In this document: positions 7,442 through 17,182 of the stretch, one piece after another | Position numbering within the stretch: position 1 is the stretch's first letter | How the letters are laid out: each line of letters opens with the position of its first letter | NCBI GenBank assembly: GCA_041645215.1 | Contig: JBAZQK010000001.1 | Span: 1 to 52,090, forward strand | Source: Patescibacteria group bacterium | Lineage (GTDB): Bacteria > Patescibacteriota > Patescibacteriia > Veblenbacterales > UBA10138 | Direction: 5' to 3' | DNA: 52,090 bases | Notes under the pieces: model-generated | Told to the model about the DNA's origin: nothing | The model's database searches: none | The model's input: the letters and a program-made list of their open reading frames with translations, nothing else | Position numbers and translations under genes: made by a program

Positions 7442-10387
7442 ATGGGGGGTAGGAAAACGTCGCGAGTTATTGTTATCACGCTTTTTTGTAGTGTGATTTT
7501 TTTATTACCAAGCGTCAGCCAGTCCGCACCTGAGCATTTGGTTATTAGTGAAGTGCAAACTACCGGCGGTGAAGGCCATACCACTAATGATTTTGTAGAA
7601 CTATTCAACCCGACTTCCACGCCGCTTAACTTAAAGGGTTATCGCTTGGTAAAACGTACAGCCGCGGGCGTAAGTGATACTACTCTTAAATCTTGGACCG
7701 ACGATGTTATTGTTCCGGCTTACGGTTTTTATCTTTGGGCTAATTCTGATTATACTTCCATATCAACCGCGCCCGATGCCACTACCAGCGGTAGCTTAGC
7801 CGATAACAACGGCGTTGCCTTGCGCCAGGGCGCGGCAGACACCGGCACAATTATAGACAGTGTGGCTTGGGGAAACAGCACCAACACTTTTATTGAAGGC
7901 GTAGCGTGGACAACTAATCCCGGACCAAATCAATCATTAGAACGCCGGAAACCGCTGGCTGGCGCCAGACAAGATACTAATAATAATACCGCTGATTTTA
8001 CTATCCAAACCAGTCCAACAGCGCAAAACAGCGCTACCGCGCCAGAAACTCCTATCCCAATCAACAACAACTCAACTGGTACCTACCCGATGTCGCCAAC
8101 CAACAACCCCCAAAGCGGCGAAGTGGTTATTAATGAAATTGTTAGCGACCCGGGAAGCGGCGGTGAAGAGTGGCTGGAACTTTATAATCGCTCAACCCGT
8201 GTAATTGACTTGTCTAAGTTTACCCTTGAGGATGGCAGTCATACTATAAACCAGTTAAACGGCAACCTGGGCACAGATGGCAACAGCCGTTTTACTGTTC
8301 TAAAATCACCCAAGGGTAATTTAAACAACGACGGCGACATTGTAATTTTAAAATTCGCTGACACTATAATTGACCAGGTAACTTACGGCAATTGGGACGA
8401 CGGCAATATGGCTAACAACGCGCCAGTGGCGCGCGCTCCTTGGGGTATTGGCCGCTTACCTGATGGCCAAGACAATAACAATGACCAAACAGATTGGATA
8501 ATTACTAATCCGACCATAGGTGCAGCTAATCAGGCCAGCTCGCCAGCCTCAACAAATTCGGACAATAAGTCCGCTGGTTTAACTTTTTCTGAAATATATC
8601 CTAATCCGCCCTTAAGCGACGAGACCAATGAATTCATTGAATTGTTTAACAACAGCGACCAAATTATCAATCTAAATGGTTGGATTATTAAAGATAAAAT
8701 AACCTCTTATCTAATTAACAATAACGACTGGCCATCAACCATCATTGAGTCCAAAAAGTTTTTTCTTTTACCACGGCCTAAAACCGGAATTGCCTTGGAT
8801 AATGAGGGCACGGAACAGCTAACACTTGCTTCGCCCGACAATAAAATCATTTTAAAACTTAACTACACTGGTCCGGCTAAAGAGGGTACAAGCTACGCCA
8901 AAAACGAACAAGGTGGGTGGCAATGGACTACTCAGTCCACACCAGGACAACTCAACAAAATAATATTGATTGATGAACCGCCTCATTTAGGATTTTTTAT
9001 ACCTAAAAAAGGCGTGGCAGGTGAATTAATAATTCTAGACGCTTCCGACACGGTTGACCCGGAAGGAAGACCAGTCAGCATTCTTTGGAGTTTGGGCGAT
9101 GGCGCTTTCAGCACCACCATCACCCCCAGCCATATCTATAATAAAGCCGGGCGCTATACTGTAAAATTAAAAGCCTCTGACCATGCTGGCAATGAGTCCA
9201 GCGACAGCCAAATCATAACTATTGAAAATTCCAACACCGTGAGCGGTAAGGTCGCCGGCGTGACAAGTGGACCAATTGAACTTACCGAAATTATGCCTAA
9301 TCCTCAAGGCAGTGATAATAACGAATGGCTGGAGCTATACAATCCTAATCTAACCGCTACTAATACGGCGGGATGGAAATTAATTATCAATGGCCGCGGT
9401 TACAACTTGCCCGAGCACGACATAGCGGCTGAATCATACTATTTAATTACCAAAAAAGACGGTAAATTCACTTTAATTAATGGCAAAACTAAACTGATCT
9501 GGCAATCGCCCACCGGCCAAAATAACCAGGAAATCAATTATAATTCCGCCCCCGAAGGCCAAAGTTTGATTATGGAGGAATATGGCAATGTCTGGACAAC
9601 CACACCTACGCCAGGCGGTGAAAATATCTTAACCCGGGCAAGTTCGACCAACTCTGATAGCTATCAAACCCTGCCGCTGGCTGAAATTAAATCTTTAGAC
9701 AGCGGCAGTAAAGTCAGCACCGAAGGTGTAGTGGCTCTGGAACCAGATGTGCTCGCCAAAAATATTTTCTGGCTTGGCGGCGAGGCTGGCATACAAATTA
9801 ACTTGAGCGGCGGCGGTTGGCCTAATCTTAAAGTCGGCGACCTGGTGAAAATTCAAGCTACATTGTCGCGAACGGCTACCTACGGCACTCGGTTGCTCTT
9901 ACGCCAACCGGAACAGCTCAACATTATCGGCCAAGTCCAATTACCTGAACCAAGTCTGATTAATCTTAGTGACATCGGTGACGATAACGAAGGCCAACTT
10001 ATAACCACCACCGGCAAGGTGAGTAAATCATTGGCTCGCAGTTTTACTCTTACAAATACTGACAGTAACCTGACAGTTAGTTTAAAAAACTCAACTTTAA
10101 AATGGCCTAAAGTAAAAAATAACGACGAGCTAAGCGTAACCGGATTTGTTGCTGTGACTAAAGACGGTATAAGGTTACTCGCCCGGTCGCCGCAGGACAT
10201 AATAACCAAATTCAGCGCGCCCGCCGCCCCAGCCGTACTAGACTTGAGCCAACCGGCCAAATCAAACAACCTGCCGGGTTATATATTAGTGGGCGGGGTT
10301 ATACTAGCCGGACTTGGTATTTACCTTTGGCAAAAATTCAACTGGCCGCACCTTGTTGATTTGATAAAAAACCGTTTTAAAAAATGA
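7442..10387 (+). CDS. Secreted, membrane-anchored protein with ~4 lamin-tail domains, a PKD domain and C-terminal OB-fold-like regions
   Basis: Repeated VISEV/INEI/FSEIYPNP/LTEIMPNP...EWLELYN motifs; PKD-like LDASDTVDPEG..WSLGDG..HIY.KAGRYTVKL; N-terminal hydrophobic signal and C-terminal TM helix. Confidence 0.8.
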   Translation: MGGRKTSRVIVITLFCSVIFLLPSVSQSAPEHLVISEVQTTGGEGHTTNDFVELFNPTSTPLNLKGYRLVKRTAAGVSDTTLKSWTDDVIVPAYGFYLWANSDYTSISTAPDATTSGSLADNNGVALRQGAADTGTIIDSVAWGNSTNTFIEGVAWTTNPGPNQSLERRKPLAGARQDTNNNTADFTIQTSPTAQNSATAPETPIPINNNSTGTYPMSPTNNPQSGEVVINEIVSDPGSGGEEWLELYNRSTRVIDLSKFTLEDGSHTINQLNGNLGTDGNSRFTVLKSPKGNLNNDGDIVILKFADTIIDQVTYGNWDDGNMANNAPVARAPWGIGRLPDGQDNNNDQTDWIITNPTIGAANQASSPASTNSDNKSAGLTFSEIYPNPPLSDETNEFIELFNNSDQIINLNGWIIKDKITSYLINNNDWPSTIIESKKFFLLPRPKTGIALDNEGTEQLTLASPDNKIILKLNYTGPAKEGTSYAKNEQGGWQWTTQSTPGQLNKIILIDEPPHLGFFIPKKGVAGELIILDASDTVDPEGRPVSILWSLGDGAFSTTITPSHIYNKAGRYTVKLKASDHAGNESSDSQIITIENSNTVSGKVAGVTSGPIELTEIMPNPQGSDNNEWLELYNPNLTATNTAGWKLIINGRGYNLPEHDIAAESYYLITKKDGKFTLINGKTKLIWQSPTGQNNQEINYNSAPEGQSLIMEEYGNVWTTTPTPGGENILTRASSTNSDSYQTLPLAEIKSLDSGSKVSTEGVVALEPDVLAKNIFWLGGEAGIQINLSGGGWPNLKVGDLVKIQATLSRTATYGTRLLLRQPEQLNIIGQVQLPEPSLINLSDIGDDNEGQLITTTGKVSKSLARSFTLTNTDSNLTVSLKNSTLKWPKVKNNDELSVTGFVAVTKDGIRLLARSPQDIITKFSAPAAPAVLDLSQPAKSNNLPGYILVGGVILAGLGIYLWQKFNWPHLVDLIKNRFKK

Positions 10388-10538
10388 AATAGAAATAATT
10401 ATTGTCTTTAATAAAAATTACAAAACTACTCTTTTGTGGAACAATTTTTAAAATAGCCTTGCAATAATTCATCTATTATGGTATACTTATAGAAAGTTAA
10501 TTTATCCTACTTTTTTAATCATTAACTATAATTAATAT

Positions 10539-10976
10539 ATGAATCACGAAAATATAAAGGGTCCTGAGGATGAAATTCAAAAAACTCCTGAGGGTAATAT
10601 TGAATTTCCTGAGGAAGTAAAGCAATGCATTGCGCAGGAGAAATCAAAATTAGTGGAAGAGATAAATAGGTGTGATAGTGTCAAAAAAGAGTATGACCGT
10701 TTTAAAACCGGAGGAAAGGGGTATCGCGAAGGTGGTCGGGTTAATGCTGGTCTTACTAGTTTTATGTTTGGGATACCGATTTTGTCTGCAGCATTAATGA
10801 CAGGAGGTAAGAATCTTAGTATTGAAGCGGGTGTTGCCGCGGTTCTAACGCCCCACATCATTGAAGGAGTGAGAGAGCTTGCTCATTATGGAAAATATAA
10901 GTATGCAGAACATAAACGCAAAAAAACGGTAAAAACTCTTTTGGGAGGTACTAACGCCGAGTCTGTGGTAGCATAA
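10539..10976 (+). CDS. Hypothetical protein with two putative TM segments
   Basis: 145-aa ORF; upstream TTGCAA-17-TATACT promoter. Confidence 0.6.
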   Translation: MNHENIKGPEDEIQKTPEGNIEFPEEVKQCIAQEKSKLVEEINRCDSVKKEYDRFKTGGKGYREGGRVNAGLTSFMFGIPILSAALMTGGKNLSIEAGVAAVLTPHIIEGVRELAHYGKYKYAEHKRKKTVKTLLGGTNAESVVA

Positions 10977-11006
10977 GAGGGCAATTAAAATTAATAACAA
11001 GATACT

Positions 11007-11294
11007 ATGGATATAGAAAAAAAACTTAAAGAAATCGGCGTTTCAGCCAACTGCATTGCCACATATGAATCAGTAATAGCGCTAAGTGGCGAAAAAGATG
11101 CTAAGTCGGCAGCGGCGATTGCATTTATGATTAGCGATCTAATAGATATCGCCACAGAACAAAAAGGGATAGAATTTGCAAAAAATTATATTGAATTACA
11201 AGCCAAAAGATTGGATGCTTTCTTTTTGGCTGACCCTAAGGCTCACAAAGAAGCACTTGAAGGCCTAGCTGATCTTTTGGGGGTTGAAAAATAA
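11007..11294 (+). CDS. Hypothetical helical protein
   Basis: 95-aa ORF directly downstream of the previous gene; no family recognised. Confidence 0.6.
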   Translation: MDIEKKLKEIGVSANCIATYESVIALSGEKDAKSAAAIAFMISDLIDIATEQKGIEFAKNYIELQAKRLDAFFLADPKAHKEALEGLADLLGVEK

Positions 11295-11369
11295 AAAAAC
11301 AAATAACCTTATTGCTAAACTTAACACTCTTCTATTATTTATTAATTATTTAACCTCTTGATTTTATAA

Positions 11370-11400
11370 TAACATCCCACACTGATAGTGTGGGATGTTA
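11370..11400. terminator. Bidirectional terminator-like hairpin
   Basis: 13-bp stem TAACATCCCACAC/GTGTGGGATGTTA between convergent genes. Confidence 0.6.
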
Positions 11401-11639
11401 TTGGTTTTAAACAATTAGTTTAAACTCTAAAAATAATTCATGGTGCAATTATTTGACGAAATCTGAACCTCTTTTGAATGAAACTGACGGCGCGCTTCAC
11501 TCCCCTTTACCATCTCGACCGATAATACAAACCTGGCAGTAAGCCTAAAAAATACCAAGTTTATTGGCCCAATTTAATAAAACTAATTGGTAATTTATAT
11601 AAAAAACGGCTAACCATACGCATGATTAGCCTTAAAAAA

Positions 11640-12089
11640 TTAACTGCTTAATAAATCTGTTAAAAACCAAACCGCTAAATCAACTTCGGTGATTATGGCA
11701 GTCTTGGTAGCCTGCGCTAATTGTCTAATTTTTTGACCATCAGTTGTTTCGGAATTATTACTTGTCAGGCTAGGAATATTTACAATCAACGACAACTGCT
11801 GTTCTTTTATTAACTGTTCTATACTTAATACCTGCTTCTTATCGCTTAGCTTGCTCACTATAATAATATTATCTACTCCTTCTTTACCAAGATAAGTTCC
11901 CGTACCGACCGTGGCAAAAATCTGACGATTGTTTTTAAGTACCAGCGCATGAACCATCGGCCGCAGGGCTGTTTTAGCCTCGTCAGATACGCTAAACAAT
12001 ATATTACCCACTTTCCCAAGTTGGTTCTTTAGTTTTTCAACCGCTAAGGCCTTTCTTTTTTTGTCTGTTTCTTTTTCACTACTTGTCAT
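11640..12089 (-). CDS. Stand-alone MGS-like domain (resembles the CarB allosteric domain)
   Basis: Motifs GNILFSVSD..K, IFATVGT..YL...G, LIVNIP, DG..IR..A....IIT. Confidence 0.75.
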   Translation of the reverse strand: MTSSEKETDKKRKALAVEKLKNQLGKVGNILFSVSDEAKTALRPMVHALVLKNNRQIFATVGTGTYLGKEGVDNIIIVSKLSDKKQVLSIEQLIKEQQLSLIVNIPSLTSNNSETTDGQKIRQLAQATKTAIITEVDLAVWFLTDLLSS

Positions 12090-12315
12090 TTTTTGTCCCT
12101 CGCATTTTTAAATTTATTATTTCAAGTTTCAATTGTTAAAGAAAATTTATTTAAAAAAATTCCCACCGTTTAAGGTGAGAATTAAAAACTACCAAATGAA
12201 AATCCACTACGGCCCGGCTTCGCCCAGGGCCTTTTAATACTTATTGCTCTAAAACAACCTAAATTCATACTGCTACTAATAGTAGCCATTATAAAAATTG
12301 TGTCAAGTTTATTAT

Positions 12316-12759
12316 TTAAATAATTAAAAATAACAAAAATAACCCAAACATTACAATTATTTCAGCTATGGAAAAGTATTTTATGGGCCCTTTTAAATTA
12401 ATCCTTTTATGTGGGTAAAAAGGAAAGTAATCGCTATTATCCAAAGCATCCAAAGCTAGGTGACTTAAATATCCCAAGGCAAACACCATTCCAAATTTAT
12501 AATCAAACACGGCCACCATCGCTGAAACTACCAAACCAAAAATTACATTATGCAAAACATTTCTTTGGTCACCCCAAGGGTCATGTCTGTTCGTAATTGT
12601 CTTTATAAATTTTTTAAAACTAAACAATGCCCCGTTTTTAAAATAAGACACCAAATGGTCCAAATCAACCAACAAAGCGCCGGCTAAAGCAGCGGTGTAA
12701 TTACCAGTAATTTCACCAATAATTAATCCACCTAAAAGGTGAGTTGGCAAGAGCATCAT
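12316..12759 (-). CDS. Membrane-bound metal-dependent hydrolase (YdjM/DUF457-like)
   Basis: Motifs PTH, LVDLDH, RNVLHN, GYLSHLALDAL. Confidence 0.8.
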   Translation of the reverse strand: MMLLPTHLLGGLIIGEITGNYTAALAGALLVDLDHLVSYFKNGALFSFKKFIKTITNRHDPWGDQRNVLHNVIFGLVVSAMVAVFDYKFGMVFALGYLSHLALDALDNSDYFPFYPHKRINLKGPIKYFSIAEIIVMFGLFLLFLII

Positions 12760-12842
12760 ATATCTAAATATCTAGCCAAACACAAATACCTATTAATTAT
12801 ACTGTGGTGTCGCGCTCAGCGCGACTATGACCACGCTAAGCG

Positions 12843-12929
12843 TGGTGGGCTAGGTGGGACTCGAACCCACATCCCGCAAACGGGACAGCATTTTAAGTGC
12901 TGCGCGTATACCAGTTCCGCCACTAGCCC
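12843..12929 (-). tRNA. tRNA-Leu(UAA)
   Basis: GGGCTAG/CTAGCCC acceptor, CAGCA-CT-TAA-AA-TGCTG, variable arm CCCG-TTTG-CGGG, encoded CCA. Confidence 0.97.
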
Positions 12930-13402
12930 TTATGTAAAATATTCCTCCCCCGATGAGTCGGCTGCAAGCTATGACAATTGGGACAAAGAATGCGTAAATT
13001 ATTCAAACGATTATCATGCCTGTCACCGTTAATATGGTCAAGCTCCAAAGGAAGATAACCATCAGTATTCCTTTTGGCCCAACCACACAACTCACAACAT
13101 TGTTTCTTTATACTGGCCGCAAACAACCGACGTTTTAATTTGTAGCTTTGAAAATTACTATTTTTGATAAGTATTTCTTCAAGTGGTATTCGCGGCTTAC
13201 CAATACCAGTCATGCCACGATTCCAACCTTTCCCTCTAAAATGTTTTGTTTTTAAATTATATTCGTGTATATATTGCTTGATTTGTTCATAATTACCACC
13301 TGCTGGACGCAACCCCAAATTAAGAAGTACTTGACGATAACTAAACGAATCTTTAACAGCTTTAGTTAATTGGTCCATTGTCCATTTTCTACGTCTAGCC
13401 AT
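12923..13402 (-). CDS. Free-standing HNH endonuclease
   Basis: CELCG...LELDHINGDRHDNRLNNLRILCPNCH; start moved to MARRRKW; stop codon lies inside the tRNA acceptor stem. Confidence 0.92.
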   Translation of the reverse strand: MARRRKWTMDQLTKAVKDSFSYRQVLLNLGLRPAGGNYEQIKQYIHEYNLKTKHFRGKGWNRGMTGIGKPRIPLEEILIKNSNFQSYKLKRRLFAASIKKQCCELCGWAKRNTDGYLPLELDHINGDRHDNRLNNLRILCPNCHSLQPTHRGRNILHKG

Positions 13403-13646
13403 AAATACATTATGGCATAAGGTAAACGCAAAGGCAATACAATACTTATATGTGTACCAGCTTACTCCGCACTGCCCCTCCGTGAGACTAATGTGGGGTT
13501 TCACACCCTAATTCTTTATTTTTAAAAATCACTAGCCCTTAATTTAGGCAAAAATAGCATAGCATTTGGGTTTTTTTATGGCAAGAAACCACCATAACAA
13601 TAAATAAAAACCCGGTCCTCCATTACCGGGTTAATAGTTTCATAAA

Positions 13647-14357
13647 TTAAGAACAAACTATTTTACTGTATTTGTTTGCCAAATATTCTTTCATTTTTGC
13701 TGGTTCAGAACCAATCGCGCACAGTGGGCATTCATCTGGTTTGTACTTAGGTAGATCAGGTTTTAATAAACTTACAATTTTAAATCCGCCTATTGAATCT
13801 TTTCCGGAACGATTAATTATAGCCGCTATTCTTTGATAAAACTCGACTGGTTGTGGATTCCCCGCTTTAATTGCATTAATAGTTTTAAAACTACTACCGC
13901 CTGTAGTCACAACATCTTCAATCGGCTGTACAAAAGCATTGGGTGGTATTATGTGGCGTTTCCAAGTTTGTAAATCACCTTCTTTTTCAGTTATTCCGTG
14001 AAAACAATCAAAATAATCAGCCAAATGACTAACTAAAAAGGTAGCGCCAAACGATGGACCAACTATCCAATCTGCCGAATTGATTCCTCCTAAACGGAAA
14101 GCTATTTGGTATGTAATGATTTTTGCGGCGGCTGATTTTTGCAGAACAAACGTACAGTCATAATACTCACCACTGTGCAACCCGCTTGTCAAAAGCGCAT
14201 GAGGTTCATTTTTATCTCCAGAATGAATCCAATGAACAAAATACGCCTGCAAAAAGTAGTCAATTTCAAGTCTAGTTAAAATACGACCGCCTATATCATT
14301 AACGGTTAACTTACGAACTTCTGAGAAAGAAAGCTTACAGATATCTTCTATCAGCAT
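13647..14357 (-). CDS. pyrE: Orotate phosphoribosyltransferase
   Basis: LLTSGLHSGEYYDC, PRPP-binding IEDVVTTGGS; overlaps the end of pyrF. Confidence 0.85.
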   Translation of the reverse strand: MLIEDICKLSFSEVRKLTVNDIGGRILTRLEIDYFLQAYFVHWIHSGDKNEPHALLTSGLHSGEYYDCTFVLQKSAAAKIITYQIAFRLGGINSADWIVGPSFGATFLVSHLADYFDCFHGITEKEGDLQTWKRHIIPPNAFVQPIEDVVTTGGSSFKTINAIKAGNPQPVEFYQRIAAIINRSGKDSIGGFKIVSLLKPDLPKYKPDECPLCAIGSEPAKMKEYLANKYSKIVCS

Positions 14358-15313
14358 CCTACACCTCCTTGCTTCGTAGTTAATAACTTACCCCTTACTG
14401 AAACAATAACCTGATGCATCTCCTGTGCTTTTTGACCAGCAGCTGCGGCAAACTTTTTTGGATCATCTGAAGCAAATATAATCGCGCGGCTGTTATTAAA
14501 AATGACATTCCTAAATTCCGAATTACCTATTGATAAAAACGCTTGCGTAATTACATCTTCCATTAATTGGTCTTTTGTCTGCGCTCCCACTGCCGGCGAT
14601 AAGATAATCATATTGTCCCCAGCGATCTCGCGCACAGCCTTGCCTTTTTCGGGCCGATTGGCGCCAACAACTAAACCACAATTATTATTCGCGTTCCAGT
14701 TGTGAGCAACATTATAAGCGACTCTTTCATAAAGGGGCCTGGCTGAACTACAAATTTCTCTATACCAATCCTCAAGTGTTATGGAGTCTGGTTTGTCCGC
14801 CGGATCAAATTTGAAAGTATATAAACCTTGAAACTCGTCCGCTTCGTCATTGGAAGTTAAACATACCACAATTATTCCCTTATCTTGCCTGTCCAGAAAC
14901 GGTTGCAGAGAACCTATTCCCATATAAGGCGCTACGGTTACAAAATCAAAACCGCAGTAGTCAAATAAGGCCACTACATAACCGTCGTTGGTATTTCCTA
15001 TGTCCCCCCTCTTTGCATCCGCTCCTACAACTATAGTAGGATCAATAGAGTTAATATAACCAGCGGTTTTCTTCATGACTTCAAATCCACCTTTAATTGA
15101 TTCGTAAAAGGCAGAATTGAGTTTGTAAAAACCAGCCACATCGCAAGTACTTTCAATTATCATCTTATTGAAATGCAGTTGCGCAGCGGCATCTGTTGTG
15201 CGGGTCACGACTTTTCTAACCTTCTTGATATCACTGTCGAGTCCCACACAAGCAAACTTCCCAACCCTGAACTGACTAAGTGTCAATTCACGGAAATTGC
15301 GTCCATTTGTCAT
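14351..15313 (-). CDS. pyrF: Orotidine-5'-phosphate decarboxylase
   Basis: Motifs CVGLDSD, YKLNSAFY, DAKRGDIGNT, CLTSN, GLVVGA, PAVGAQ. Confidence 0.92.
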   Translation of the reverse strand: MTNGRNFRELTLSQFRVGKFACVGLDSDIKKVRKVVTRTTDAAAQLHFNKMIIESTCDVAGFYKLNSAFYESIKGGFEVMKKTAGYINSIDPTIVVGADAKRGDIGNTNDGYVVALFDYCGFDFVTVAPYMGIGSLQPFLDRQDKGIIVVCLTSNDEADEFQGLYTFKFDPADKPDSITLEDWYREICSSARPLYERVAYNVAHNWNANNNCGLVVGANRPEKGKAVREIAGDNMIILSPAVGAQTKDQLMEDVITQAFLSIGNSEFRNVIFNNSRAIIFASDDPKKFAAAAGQKAQEMHQVIVSVRGKLLTTKQGGVGC

Positions 15314-15500
15314 ATTACTACCTCATATTGTTAAAGAATTGATTTATTTTTGCTGCTTGTTTGCCCATACCTTAAAACAAACGCCCACAAAAGTCAAATA
15401 AACTAGGCGCGTTAACCCTCTCACATCTTCTCTGTATCAACGTATTAACACATTAATACAAAGAATAAAAACTAAGAGATACAAAACTTTGGTGGGTGAA

Positions 15501-16274
15501 CTAAATTAAATTGCCCAATAAATAACCGACCACATAGGCCACGCTGGCGGCTACAGCGCCAACACCCAACATCTCCACTCCGGCCAGCCACCACTTTATT
15601 CCAGTAATATGGGTGCGCAAACTACCAACCATAAACAAACAAATTGCGGTTGCCACGATGGCCCATTTAAACGCCTCGTTGCCGGCCAAACCAAATATGT
15701 ACGGCACTAGCGGAACAGCTCCGGCAATAACAAAAGATGTAAAAGTGGCAACTGCGTTTTTTATAGGTTTATTATCTTCATCCCCGACGATTTTTAATTC
15801 ACTTATCATCATTTCATCCACCCAAACTTTTTTATCGCGCGTTATAATATCAACGACTCTTTCCAAATCCGCTCCCATAAAACCCTTGGCCGCGTAAATT
15901 TCACGAATTTCCTGCTTTTCCTCTTTTGGCAATCTGTCTACCTCCCACTCTTCGCGTTTGCGCTCGGTTTGTTCGTACTGACGTTCGGAACGGCGAGCCA
16001 AAAAATTACCGGCCGCCATCGAAAACCCATCGGCCAGTAAATTAGCCGAACCCAATATTAAAACCACCACCGGCGATAGTGAGGCGCCAGCTACGCCAGC
16101 CACTACCGCAAACGTGGTGATAATGCCATCATTGGCGCCAAAAACAATATCACCGATATATTTACCGGCCATTAACTTATGAAAATCTTCCTGGCTTTTG
16201 CCTTGGTGGTGAATCTGCCTTATCTCTTCAATTTTATATTGCGGAATAATCGGAGTCCTTTTAAAACTAATCAT
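15501..16274 (-). CDS. VIT1/CCC1 family Fe/Mn transporter
   Basis: DIVFGANDGIITTFAVVAG, ANLLADGFSMA, and an EKQEIREIY cytosolic domain. Confidence 0.93.
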   Translation of the reverse strand: MISFKRTPIIPQYKIEEIRQIHHQGKSQEDFHKLMAGKYIGDIVFGANDGIITTFAVVAGVAGASLSPVVVLILGSANLLADGFSMAAGNFLARRSERQYEQTERKREEWEVDRLPKEEKQEIREIYAAKGFMGADLERVVDIITRDKKVWVDEMMISELKIVGDEDNKPIKNAVATFTSFVIAGAVPLVPYIFGLAGNEAFKWAIVATAICLFMVGSLRTHITGIKWWLAGVEMLGVGAVAASVAYVVGYLLGNLI

Positions 16275-16375
16275 ATAACTGCAGTATACTATGGCTCAAA
16301 AATTTAAACAAAAAACCCCGTAACCTTAAGCGAGGCTCTAAATTCTAGCAAAGCCAACTGGAGCTTTAGCGTAAG

Positions 16376-16389
16376 TTGGAGCGGGTAAC
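16376..16389 (-). repeat. 14-bp direct repeat of the tRNA-Gly 3' end
   Basis: TTGGAGCGGGTAAC identical at 16376-16389 and 16669-16682. Confidence 0.85.
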
Positions 16390-16400
16390 CCGCCCAAATT

Positions 16401-16655
16401 TCAAACCAGTAAAGTTTTTTCTAATCGCTTTTTAATAAAATTTCGCCCCCAGCCCGTTTTTAAAAATCTTTCCCTGTTTTGAGCATCTTCTTTAGCTAAA
16501 CACGCCTCATAATAAATCAGCCTAAATGGTCGACTGTTTTGTGTAGAAAAAACTTTACCGGTCTGATGTTTTACAAACCTTTTTCTTAGGTTATTAGTAA
16601 AACCAGTATATAACTCACCATCTTGCAGACTTTTTAAAATATAAACGTAAAACAT
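16401..16655 (-). CDS. Small GIY-YIG nuclease (UPF0213-like)
   Basis: FYVYIL.S......YTGFT.NL.KR...H...T....PF.LIYYE......A..RE.FLK. Confidence 0.92.
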   Translation of the reverse strand: MFYVYILKSLQDGELYTGFTNNLRKRFVKHQTGKVFSTQNSRPFRLIYYEACLAKEDAQNRERFLKTGWGRNFIKKRLEKTLLV

Positions 16656-16669
16656 CTTGGTTTGAAACT

Positions 16670-16744
16670 TGGAGCGGGTAACGAGAGTCGAACTCGTATC
16701 TCGTCCTTGGCAAGGACGCATAATAGCCGCTATACTATACCCGC
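16670..16744 (-). tRNA. tRNA-Gly(GCC)
   Basis: GCGGGTA/TACCCGC, U73, CGTCC-TT-GCC-AA-GGACG, encoded CCA. Confidence 0.96.
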
Positions 16745-16818
16745 GCAAATACTCAATCCCTATATCACTAAATCATTTTACCACTAGTTGTAAATTTTGT
16801 TCATCACGCTCTAGCTCT

Positions 16819-17112
16819 TTAAATATTTAAGTGTTCTGGTGATCTAGTATCCAAATGCTGTTTCAGTATAGCAAAAACCTTACTCTCGTCAACGCCGAGA
16901 ATGGACAAGGTTTTTAGTTTAGCTGAATGCCCGGCCTTTATTTCAATTTGATTAACGGATAAACCTAATAGCTTAGCGACCGCATCACAAACTTCCGCGT
17001 TAGCCCGGCCATCAATTGGTGGCGCTGATACTTTGATATGCAAAACATTGCCAACTAAACCAACGATCTTGGGATGACGCGAATTGGCTGTAACTTTAAC
17101 CATTAAAAGCAT
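16819..17112 (-). CDS. DUF167 (YggU-like) protein
   Basis: VKV.AN.....I......L.IKVSAPP.DGRAN......AK.LG.....I.I..G..AK.K. Confidence 0.88.
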   Translation of the reverse strand: MLLMVKVTANSRHPKIVGLVGNVLHIKVSAPPIDGRANAEVCDAVAKLLGLSVNQIEIKAGHSAKLKTLSILGVDESKVFAILKQHLDTRSPEHLNI

Positions 17113-17182
17113 AAAAACAGCTAGAATTAAGAATCATGAATTATGAATCAAGAATAGTAAGTTGCTGTTTAGAAATTAAAAA

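Noticed and set aside
11401-11639. Possible gene remnant downstream of the MGS gene
   Set aside because: Only a ~20-codon frame with no recognisable similarity.
16656-16748. Long starts given for the GIY-YIG, HNH (13504) and NusA (28971) ORFs
   Set aside because: The extensions cross a tRNA, promoter DNA or palindromic repeats; downstream ATGs match the family N-termini.
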